A stretch of 48,112 nt of DNA from Utricularia gibba. Taxonomy: Eukaryota > Plantae > Magnoliophyta. Location of the stretch: positions 1 through 48,112 of the forward strand of contig NEEC01000345.1 of the NCBI GenBank assembly GCA_002189035.1, written 5' to 3'. Below are positions 1-12,200 of this stretch, one piece after another (position 1 is the stretch's first letter; each line of letters starts with the position of its first letter). Below the pieces are notes generated by a model that was not told where the DNA came from, did not search any database, and was given only the letters and a program-made list of their open reading frames with translations. Made by a program: the position numbers and the translations under genes.

Positions 1-204
1 TTTCGTGTTGAGAACTTGTTCGTCCGAGGAGCACAAATGCTCGAAAGATTGCCTTATATTAGCCTTCAGATGTGCAACGAAGTGGCCACCACGTTCGCGA
101 AAATGTGACTCGGGACACCTGACTCGATGCGAATGTGATTTTTGACATGCAAACATATGTATTTCATGGACGATGTGAAATTTCGGATTTCGAGATGATC
201 ATTT

Positions 205-3200
205 AAGATGCCATGGGTGTGTCCCTAGCCACAACCTCATGGTGGCCTCGTGCACTCTTCGGTATCGAGTGGATATCTTGCAACGGTGATGAGTCATGTT
301 GCACATATACCGTTTCGAAGCTCGTTCCGAGCCGGTCTTCTTTCGTGTTGAGAACTTGTTCGTCCGAGGAGGCACAAATGCTCGAAAGATTGCCTTATAT
401 TAGCCTTCAGATGTGCAACGAAGTGGCCACCACGTTCGCGAAAATGTGACTCGGACACCTGACTCGATGCGAATGTGATTTTTGACATGCAAAACATATG
501 TATTCATGACGATGTGAAATTTCGAGATGATCATTTAGATGCCATCGGTGTGTCTAGCCACAACCTCATGGTGGCCTCGTGCACTCTTCGGTATCGAGTG
601 GATATCTTGCAAATCATGTTGCACATACCGTTTCGAAGCTCGTTCCGAGCCGGTCTTTTTTCGTGTTGAGAACTTGTTCGTCCGAGGAGGCACAAATGCT
701 CGAAAGATTGCCTTATATTAGCCTTCAGATGTGCAACGAAGTGGCCACACGTTCGCGAAAATGTGACTCGGGACACCTGACTCGATGCGAATGTGATTTT
801 TGACATGCAAGACATATGTATTTCATGGACGATGTGAAATTTGATTTCGAGATGATCATTTAAGATGCCATTGTGTCCCTAGCCACAACTCATGGTGGCC
901 TCGTGCACTCTTCGGTATCGAGTGGATATCTTGCAAACGGTGATGAGTCATGTTGCACATATCATACCGTTTCGAAGCTCGTTCCGAGCCAGTCTTCTTT
1001 CGTGTTGAGAACTTGTTCGTCCGAGGCTGCACAAATGCTCGAAAGATTGCCTTATATTAGCCTTCAGATGTGCAACGAAGTGGCCATTCGCGAAAATGTG
1101 ACTCGGGACACCTGACTCGATGCGAATGTGATTTTTGACATGCAAGACATATGTATTTCATGGACGATGTGAAATTTTGGATTTCGAGATGATCATTTAA
1201 GATGGGTGTGTCCCTAGCCACAACCTCATGGTGGCCTCGTGCACTCTTCGGTATCGAGTGGATATCTTGCAAATGGTGATGAGTCATGTTGCACATAGCA
1301 TACCGTTTCGAAGCTCGTTCCGAGCCGGTCTTTTTTCGTGTTGAGAACTTGTTCGTCCGAGGAGGCACAAATGCTCGAAAGATTGCCTTATATTAGCCTT
1401 CAGATGTGCAACGAAGTGGCCACCACGTTCGCGAAAATGTGACTCGGACACCTGACTCGATGCGAATGTGATTTTTGACATGCAAGACGTATGTATTTCA
1501 TGGACGATGTGAAATTTTGGATTTCGAGATGATCATTTAAGATGGGTGTGTTAGCCACAACCTCATGGTGGCCTCGTGCACTCTTCGGTATCGAGTGGAT
1601 ATCTTGCAAACGGTGATGAGTCATGTTGCACATATCATACCGTTTCGAAGCTCGTTCCGAGCCGGTCTTCTTTCGTGTTGAGAACTTGTTCGTCCGAGGA
1701 GGCACAAATGCTCGAAAGATTGCCTTATATTAGCCTTCAGATGTGCAACGAAGTGGCCACCACGTTCGCGAAAATGTGACTCGGGACACCTGACTCGATG
1801 CGAATGTGATTTTTGACATGCAAATATGTATTTCATGGGACGATGTGAAATTTCGATTTCGAGATGATCATTTAAGATGGGGTGTGTCCCTAGCCACAAC
1901 CATGGTGGCCTCGTGCACTCTCGGTATCGAGTGGATATCTTGCAAACGGTGATGAGTCATGTTGCACATATCATACCGTTTCGAAGCTCGTTCCGAGCCG
2001 TCTTCTTTCGTTGAGAACTTGTTCGTCCGAGGGCACAAATGCTCGAAAGATTGCCTTATATTAGCCTTCAGATGTGCAACGAAGTGGCCACCACGTTCGC
2101 GAAAATGTGACTCGGACACCTGACTCGATGCGAATGTGATTTCATGCAAGACATATGTATTTCATGGACGATGTGAAATTTGGATTTCGAGATGATCATT
2201 TAAGATGCCATGGTGTGTCCCTAGCCACAACCTCATGGTGGCCTCGTGCACTCTTCGGTATCGAGTGGATATCTTGCAAACGGTGATGAGTCATGTTGCA
2301 CATATCATACCGTTTCGAAGCTCGTTCCGAGCCTCTTCTTTCGTGTTGAGAACTTGTTCGTCCGAGGCTGCACAAATGCTCGAAAGATTGCCTTATATTA
2401 GCCTTCAGATGTGCAACGAAGTGGCCACCACGTTCGCGAAAATGTGACTCGGGACACCTGACTCGATGCGAATGTGATTTTTGACATGCAAACATATGTA
2501 TTTCATGGACGATGTGAAATTTTGGATTTCGAGATGATCATTTAAGATGCCATGGTGTGTCCCTAGCCACAACCTCATGGTGGCCTCGTGCACTCTTCGG
2601 TATCGAGTGGATATCTTGCAAACGGTGATGAGTCATGTTGCACATATCATACCGTTTTCGAAGCTCGTTCCGAGCCGGTCTTCGTGTTGAGAACTTGTTC
2701 GTCCGAGGAGGCACAAATGCTCGAAAGATTGCCTTATATTAGCCTTCAGATGTGCAACGAAGTGGCCACCACGTTCGCGAAAATGTGACTCGGGACACCT
2801 GACTCGATGCGAATGTGATTTTTGACATGCAAGACGTATGTATTTCATGGACGATGTGAAATTTGGATTTCGAGAATCATTTAAGATGCCATGTGTGTAG
2901 CCACAACCTCATGGTGGCCTCGTGCACTCTTCGGTATCGAGTGGATATCTTGCAAACGGTGATGAGTCATGTTGCACATATCATACCGTTTCGAAGCTCG
3001 TTCCGAGCCGTCTTCTTTCGTGTTGAGACTTGTTCGTCCGAGGAGGCACAAATGCTCGAAAGATTGCCTTATATTAGCCTTCAGATGTGCAACGAAGTGG
3101 CCACCACGTTCGCGAAAATGTGACTCGGGACACCTGACTCGATGCGAATGTGATTTTTGACATGCAAGACATATGTATTTCATGGACGATGTGAAATTTC

Positions 3201-6200
3201 GGATTTCGAGATGATCATTTAAGATGCCATGGTGTGTCTAGCCACAACCTCATGGTGGCCTCGTGCACTCTTCGGTATCGAGTGGATATCTTGCAAATGG
3301 TGATGAGTCATGTTGCACATCATACCGTTTCGAAGCTCGTTCCGAGCCGGTCTTTTTTTCGTGTTGAGAACTTGTTCGTCCGAGGAGGCACAAATGCTCG
3401 AAAGATTGCCTTATATTAGCCTTCAGATGTGCAACGAAGTGGCCACCACGTTCGCGAAATGTGACTCGGGACACCTGACTCGATGCGAATGTGATTTTTC
3501 ATGCAAGACATATGTATTTCATGGACGATGTGAAATTTGGATTTCGAGATGATCATTTAGATGGTGTTAGCCACAACCTCATGGTGGCCTCGTGCACTCT
3601 TCGGTATCGAGTGGATATCTTGCAAACGGTGATGAGTCATGTTGCACATATCATACCGTTTTCGAAGCTCGTTCCGAGCCGGTCTTCTTTCGTGTTGAGA
3701 ACTTGTTCGTCCGAGGAGGCACAAATGCTCGAAAGATTGCCTTATATTAGCCTTCAGATGTGCAACGAAGTGGCCACCACGTTCGCGAAAATGTGACTCG
3801 GACACCTGACTCGATGCGAATGTGATTTTTGACATGCAAAACATATGTATTTCATGGACGATGTGAAATTTCGGATTTCGAGATGATCATTTAAGATGGT
3901 GTGTCCCTAGCCACAACCTCATGGTGGCCTCGTGCACTCTTCGGTATCGAGTGGATATCTTGAAACGGTGATGAGTCATGTTGCACATATCATACCGTTT
4001 CGAAGCTCGTTCCGAGCCGTCTTCTTTCGTGTTGAGAACTTGTTCGTCCGAGGAGCACAAATGCTCGAAAGATTGCCTTATATTAGCCTTCAGATGTGCA
4101 ACGAAGTGGCCACCACGTTCGCGAAAATGTGACTCGGACACCTGACTCGATGCGAATGTGATTTTTGACATGCAAGACATATGTATTTCATGGACGATGT
4201 GAAATTTCGGATTTCGAGATGATCATTTAAGATGCCATGGTGTGTTAGCCACAACCTCATGGTGGCCTCGTGCACTCTTCGGTATCGAGTGGATATCTTG
4301 CAAATGGTGATGAGTCATGTTGCACACATACCGTTTCGAAGCTCGTTCCGAGCCGGTCTTCTTTCGTGTTGAGAACTTGTTCGTCCGAGGAGGCACAAAT
4401 GCTCGAAAGATTGCCTTATATTAGCCTTCAGATGTGCAACGAAGTGGCCACCACGTTCGCGAAAATGTGACTCGGACACCTGACTCGATGCGAATGTGAT
4501 TTTTGACATGCAAAACATATGTATTTCATGGACGATGTGAAATTTGGATTTCGAGATGATCATTTAGATGCCATGTGTGTAGCCACAACCTCATGGTGGC
4601 CTCGTGCACTCTTCGGTATCGAGTGGATATCTTGCAAACGGTGATGAGTCATGTTGCACATATCATACCGTTTCGAAGCTCGTTCCGAGCCGGTCTTCTT
4701 TCGTGTTGAGAACTTGTTCGTCCGAGGAGGCACAAATGCTCGAAAGATTGCCTTATATTAGCCTTCAGATGTGCAACGAAGTGGCCACCACGTTCGCGAA
4801 AATGTGACTCGGACACCTGACTCGATGCGAATGTGATTTTTGACATGCAAAACATATGTATTTCATGGACGATGTGAAATTTTGGATTTCGAGATGATCA
4901 TTTAAGATGCCAAGCCACAACCTCATGGTGGCCTCGTGCACTCTTCGGTATCGTGGATATCTTGCAAACGGTGATGAGTCATGTTGCGAAGCTCGTTCCG
5001 AGCCGGTCTTTTTTCGTGTTGAGAACTTGTTCGTCCGAGGAGCACAAATGCTCGAAAGATTGCCTTATATTAGCCTTCAGATGTGCAACGAAGTGGCCAC
5101 CACGTTCGCGAAATGTGACTCGGGACACCTGACTCGATGCGAATGTGATTTTTGACATGCAAGACATATGTATTTCATGGACGATGTGAAATTTGGATTT
5201 CGAGATGATCATTTAAGATGCGGTGTCTAGCCACAACCTCATGGTGGCCTCGTGCACTCTTCGGTATCGAGTGGATATCTTGCAACGGTGATGAGTCATG
5301 TTGCACATATCATACCGTTCGAAGCTCGTTCCGAGCCGGTCTTTTTCGTGTTGAGAACTTGTTCGTCCGAGGGCACAAATGCTCGAAAGATTGCCTTATA
5401 TTAGCTTCAGATGTGCAACGAAGTGGCCACCACGTTCGCGAAAATGTGACTCGGGACACCTGACTCGATGCGAATGTGATTTTTGACATGCAAGACATAT
5501 GTATTTCATGGGACGATGTGAAATTTGGATTTCGAGATGATCATTTAAGATGCCATGGGTGTGTCCCTAGCCACAACCATGGTGGCCTCGTGCACTCTTC
5601 GGTATCGAGTGGATATCTTGCAAACGGTGATGAGTCATGTTGCACATATCATACCGTTTCGAAGCTCGTTCCGAGCCGTCTTCTTTCGTGTTGAGAACTT
5701 GTTCGTCCGAGGGCACAAATGCTCGAAAGATTGCCTTATATTAGCCTTCAGATGTGCAACGAAGTGGCCACCACGTTCGCGAAAATGTGACTCGGACCTG
5801 ACTCGATGCGAATGTGATTTTTGACATGCAAAACATATGTATTTCATGGACGATGTGAAATTTGGATTTCGAGATGATCATTTAAGATGCCATGTGTCCC
5901 TAGCCACAACCTCATGGTGGCCTCGTGCACTCTTCGGTGAGTGGATATCTTGCAAACGGTGATGAGTCATGTTGCACATATCATACGTTTCGAAGCTCGT
6001 TCCGAGCCGTCTTTTTCGTGTTGAGAACTTGTTCGTCCGAGGGCACAAATGCTCGAAAGATTGCCTTATATTAGCCTTCATGTGCAACGAAGTGGCCACC
6101 ACGTTCGCGAAAATGTGACTCGGGACACCTGACTCGATGCGAATGTGATTTTGACATGCAAAACATATGTATTTCATGGACGATGTGAAATTTGGATTTC

Positions 6201-9200
6201 GAGATGATCATTTAAGATGCCATGGTGTGTCCTAGCCACAACCTCATGGTGGCCTCGTGCACTCTTCGGTATCGAGTGGATATCTTGCAAATGGTGATGA
6301 GTCATGTTGCACATATCATACCGTTTCGAAGCTCGTTCCGAGCCGGTCTTTTTTCGTGTGAGAACTTGTTCGTCCGAGGAGGCACAAATGCTCGAAAGAT
6401 TGCCTTATATTAGCCTTCAGATGTGCAACGAAGTGGCCACCACGTTCGAAAATGTGACTCGGGACACCTGACTCGATGCGAATGTGATTTTTGACATGCA
6501 AAACATATGTATTTCATGGACGATGTGAAATTTCGGATTTCGAGATGATCATTTAAGATGCCATGGTGTTAGCCACAACCTCATGGTGGCCTCGTGCACT
6601 CTTCGGTATCGAGTGGATATCTTGCAAATGGTGATGAGTCATGTTGCACATATACCGTTTCGAAGCTCGTTCCGAGCCGGTCCGTGTTGAGAACTTGTTC
6701 GTCCGAGGAGGCACAAATGCTCGAAAGATTGCCTTATATTAGCCTTCAGATGTGCAACGAAGTGGCCACCACGTTCGCGAAAATGTGACTCGGACACCTG
6801 ACTCGATGCGAATGTGATTTTTGACATGCATATGTATTTCATGGACGATGTGAATTTTGGATTTCGAGATGATCATTTAAGATGGGTGTCTAGCCACAAC
6901 CTCATGGTGGCCTCGTGCACTCTTCGTATCGAGTGGATATCTTGAAATGGTGATGAGTCATGTTGCACACATACCGTTTCGAAGCTCGTTCCGAGCCGGT
7001 CTTTTTCGTGTTGAGAACTTGTTCGTCCGAGGAGCACAAATGCTCGAAAGATTGCCTTATATTAGCCTTCAGATGTGCAACGAAGTGGCCACCACGTTCG
7101 CGAAAATGTGACTCGGGACACCTGACTCGATGCGAATGTGATTTTTGACATGCATATGTATTTCATGGACGATGTGAAATTTCGGATTTCGAGATGATCA
7201 TTTAAGATGCAAGCCACAACCTCATGGTGGCCTCGTGCACTCTTCGGTATCGAGTGGATATCTTGCAAATGGTGATGAGTCATGTTGCACATATCATACC
7301 GTTTCGAAGCTCGTTCCGAGCCGGTCTTCTTTCGTGTGAGAACTTGTTCGTCCGAGGAGGCACAAATGCTCGAAAGATTGCCTTATATTAGCCTTCAGAT
7401 GTGCAACGAAGTGGCCACCACGCGAAATGTGACTCGGACACCTGACTCGATGCGAATGTGATTTTTGACATGCAAGACATATGTATTTCATGGACGATGT
7501 GAAATTTGGATTTCGAGATGATCATTTAAGATGCCATGGTGTGTCCCTAGCCACAACCTCATGGTGGCCTCGTGCACTCTTCGGTATCGAGTGGATATCT
7601 TGCAACGGTGATGAGTCATGTTGCACATATCATACGTTTCGAAGCTCGTTCCGAGCCGGTCTTCTTTCGTGTTGAGAACTTGTTCGTCCGAGGAGGCACA
7701 AATGCTCGAAAGATTGCCTTATATTAGCCTTCAGATGTGCAACGAAGTGGCCACTTCGCGAAAATGTGACTCGGACACCTGACTCGATGCGAATGTGATT
7801 TTTGACATGCAAAACATATGTATTTCATGGGACGATGTGAAATTTGGATTTCGAGATGATCATTTAAGATGCCATGGTGTGTCTAGCCACAACCTCATGG
7901 TGGCCTCGTGCACTCTTCGGTATCGAGTGGATATCTTGAAACGGTGATGAGTCATGTTGCACATATCATACCGTTTCGAAGCTCGTTCCGAGCCGTCTTC
8001 TTTCGTGTTGAGAACTTGTTCGTCCGAGGGCACAAATGCTCGAAAGATTGCCTTATATTAGCCTTCAGATGTGCAACGAAGTGGCCACCACGTTCGCGAA
8101 AATGTGACTCGGACACCTGACTCGATGCGAATGTGATTTTTGACATGCAAAACATATGTATTTCATGGACGATGTGAAATTTCGGATTTCGAGATGATCA
8201 TTTAAGATGCCATGGTGTGTAGCCACAACCTCATGGTGGCCTCGTGCACTCTTCGGTATCGAGTGGATATCTGGTGATGAGTCATGTTGCACATAGCATA
8301 CCGTTTCGAAGCTCGTTCCGAGCCGGTCTTTTTTCGTGTTGAGAACTTGTTCGTCCGAGGAGGCACAAATGCTCGAAAGATTGCCTTATATTAGCCTTCA
8401 GATGTGCAACGAAGTGGCCACCACGTTCGCGAAAATGTGACTCGGGACACCTGACTCGATGCGAATGTGATTTTTGACATGCAACATATGTATTTCATGG
8501 ACGATGTGAAATTTCGGATTTCGAGATGATCATTTAAGATGCCATGGTGTGTTAGCCACAACCTCATGGTGGCCTCGTGCACTCTTCGGTATCGAGTGGA
8601 TATCTTGAAATGGTGATGAGTCATGTTGCACATCCGTTTCGAAGCTCGTTCCGAGCCGTCTTCTTTCGTGTTGAGAACTTGTTCGTCCGAGAGGCACAAA
8701 TGCTCGAAAGATTGCCTTATATAGCCTTCAGATGTGCAACGAAGTGGCCACCACGTTCGCGAAAATGTGACTCGGACACCTGACTCGATGCGAATGTGAT
8801 TTTTGACATGCAAAACATATGTATTTCATGGACGATGTGAAATTTTGGATTTCGAGATGATCATTTAAGATGCCATGGTGTGTCTAGCCACAACCTCATG
8901 GTGGCCTCGTGCACTCTTCGGTATCGAGTGGATATCTTGCAAACGGTGATGAGTCATGTTGCACATATCATACCGTTTCGAAGCTCGTTCCGAGCCGGTC
9001 TTTTTTTCGTGTTGAGAACTTGTTCGTCCGAGGAGGCACAAATGCTCGAAAGATTGCCTTATATTAGCCTTCAGATGTGCAACGAAGTGGCCACCACGTT
9101 CGCGAAAATGTGACTCGGGACACCTGACTCGATGCGAATGTGATTTTTGACATGCAAATATGTATTTCATGGGACGATGTGAAATTTCGGATTTCGAGAT

Positions 9201-12200
9201 GATCATTTAAGATGCCATGGGTGTGTCCTAGCCACAACCTCATGGTGGCCTCGTGCACTCTTCGGTATCGAGTGGATATCTTGCAAATGGTGATGAGTCA
9301 TGTTGCACATAGCATACCGTTTCGAAGCTCGTTCCGAGCCGGTCTTCTTTCGTGTTGAGAACTTGTTCGTCCGAGGAGGCACAAATGCTCGAAAGATTGC
9401 CTTATATTAGCCTTCAGATGTGCAACGAAGTGGCCACCACGTTCGCGAAAATGTGACTCGGGACACCTGACTCGATGCGAATGTGATTTTTGACATGCAA
9501 GACATATGTATTTCATGGACGATGTGAAATTTTCGATTTCGAGATGATCATTTAAGATGCCATGGTGTGTCCCTAGCCACAACCTCATGGTGGCCTCGTG
9601 CACTCTTCGGTATCGAGTGGATATCTTGCAAATGGTGATGAGTCATGTTGCACATATACCGTTTCGAAGCTCGTTCCGAGCCGGTCTTCTTTCGTGTGAG
9701 AACTTGTTCGTCCGAGGGCACAAATGCTCGAAAGATTGCCTTATATTAGCCTTCAGATGTGCAACGAAGTGGCCACCACGTTCGCGAAAATGTGACTCGG
9801 ACACCTGACTCGATGCGAATGTGATTTTTGACATGCAAACATATGTATTTCATGGACGATGTGAAATTTGGATTTCGAGATGATCATTTAAGATGCCATG
9901 GTGTCCTAGCCACAACCTCATGGTGGCCTCGTGCACTCTTCGGTATCGAGTGGATATCTTGCAAATGGTGATGAGTCATGTTGCACATAGCATACCGTTT
10001 CGAAGCTCGTTCGAGCCGGTCTTCTTTCGTGTTGAGAACTTGTTCGTCCGAGGAGGCACAAATGCTCGAAAGATTGCCTTATATTAGCCTTCAGATGTGC
10101 AACGAAGTGGCCACCACGTTCGCGAAAATGTGACTCGGGACACCTGACTCGATGCGAATGTGATTTTTGACATGCAAGACATATGTATTTCATGGACGAT
10201 GTGAAATTTCGGATTTCGAGATGATCATTTAAGATGCCATGGGTGTGTCCCTAGCCACAACCTCATGGTGGCCTCGTGCACTCTTCGGTATCGAGTGGAT
10301 ATCTTGCAAATGGTGATGAGTCATGTTGCACATATCATACCGTTTCGAAGCTCGTTCCGAGCCGGTCTTTTTTTCGTGTTGAGAACTTGTTCGTCCGAGG
10401 AGGCACAAATGCTCGAAAGATTGCCTTATATTAGCCTTCAGATGTGCAACGAAGTGGCCACCACGTTCGCGAAAATGTGACTCGGGACACCTGACTCGAT
10501 GCGAATGTGATTTTTGACATGCAAAACATATGTATTTCATGGACGATGTGAAATTTGGATTTCGAGATGATCATTTAGATGCCATGGTGTGTTAGCCACA
10601 ACCTCATGGTGGCCTCGTGCACTCTTCGGTATCGAGTGGATATCTTGCAAATGGTGATGAGTCATGTTGCACATAGCATACCGTTTCGAAGCTCGTTCCG
10701 AGCCGGTCTTCTTTCGTGTTGAGAACTTGTTCGTCCGAGGAGGCACAAATGCTCGAAAGATTGCCTTATATTAGCCTTCAGATGTGCAACGAAGTGGCCA
10801 CCACGTTCGCGAAAATGTGACTCGGGACACCTGACTCGATGCGAATGTGATTTTTGACATGCAAACATATGTATTTCATGGGACGATGTGAAATTTCGGA
10901 TTTCGAGATGATCATTTAAGATGCCATGGGTGTGTCCCTAGCCACAACCATGGTGGCCTCGTGCACTCTTCGGTATCGAGTGGATATCTTGCAAACGGTG
11001 ATGAGTCATGTTGCACATATCATACCGTTTCGAAGCTCGTTCCGAGCCGGTCTTCTTTCGTGTTGAGAACTTGTTCGTCCGAGGGCACAAATGCTCGAAA
11101 GATTGCCTTATATTAGCCTTCAGATGTGCAACGAAGTGGCCACCACGTTCGCGAAAATGTGACTCGGACACCTGACTCGATGCGAATGTGATTTTTGACA
11201 TGCAAGACATATGTATTTCATGGACGATGTGAAATTTGGATTTCGAGATGATCATTTAAGATGCCATGGTGTGTCCCTAGCCACAACCTCATGGTGGCCT
11301 CGTGCACTCTTCGGTATCGAGTGGATATCTTGCAAATGGTGATGAGTCATGTTGCACATAGCATACCGTTTCGAAGCTCGTTCCGAGCCGGTCTTTTTTC
11401 GTGTTGAGAACTTGTTCGTCCGAGGAGGCACAAATGCTCGAAAGATTGCCTTATATTAGCCTTCAGATGTGCAACGAAGTGGCCACCACGTTCGCGAAAA
11501 TGTGACTCGGGACACCTGACTCGATGCGAATGTGATTTTTGACATGCAAGACATATGTATTTCATGGACGATGTGAAATTTCGGATTTCGAGATGATCAT
11601 TTAAGATGCCATGGTGTGTCCCTAGCCACAACCTCATGGTGGCCTCGTGCACTCTTCGGTATCGAGTGGATATCTTGCAAACGGTGATGAGTCATGTTGC
11701 ACATCATACCGTTTCGAAGCTCGTTCGAGCCGGTCTTCTTTCGTGTTGAGAACTTGTTCGTCCGAGGGCACAAATGCTCGAAAGATTGCCTTATATTAGC
11801 CTTCAGATGTGCAACGAAGTGGCCACCACGTTCGCGAAAATGTGACTCGGGACACCTGACTCGATGCGAATGTGATTTTTGACATGCAAGACATATGTAT
11901 TTCATGGACGATGTGAAATTTCGGATTTCGAGATGATCATTTAAGATGCCATGGGTGTGTCCCTAGCCACAACCTCATGGTGGCCTCGTGCACTCTTCGG
12001 TATCGAGTGGATATCTTGCAAATGGTGATGAGTCATGTTGCACATAGCATACCGTTTCGAAGCTCGTTCCGAGCCGGTCTTCTTTCGTGTTGAGAACTTG
12101 TTCGTCCGAGGAGGCACAAATGCTCGAAAGATTGCCTTATATTAGCCTTCAGATGTGCAACGAAGTGGCCACCACGTTCGCGAAAATGTGACTCGGACAC

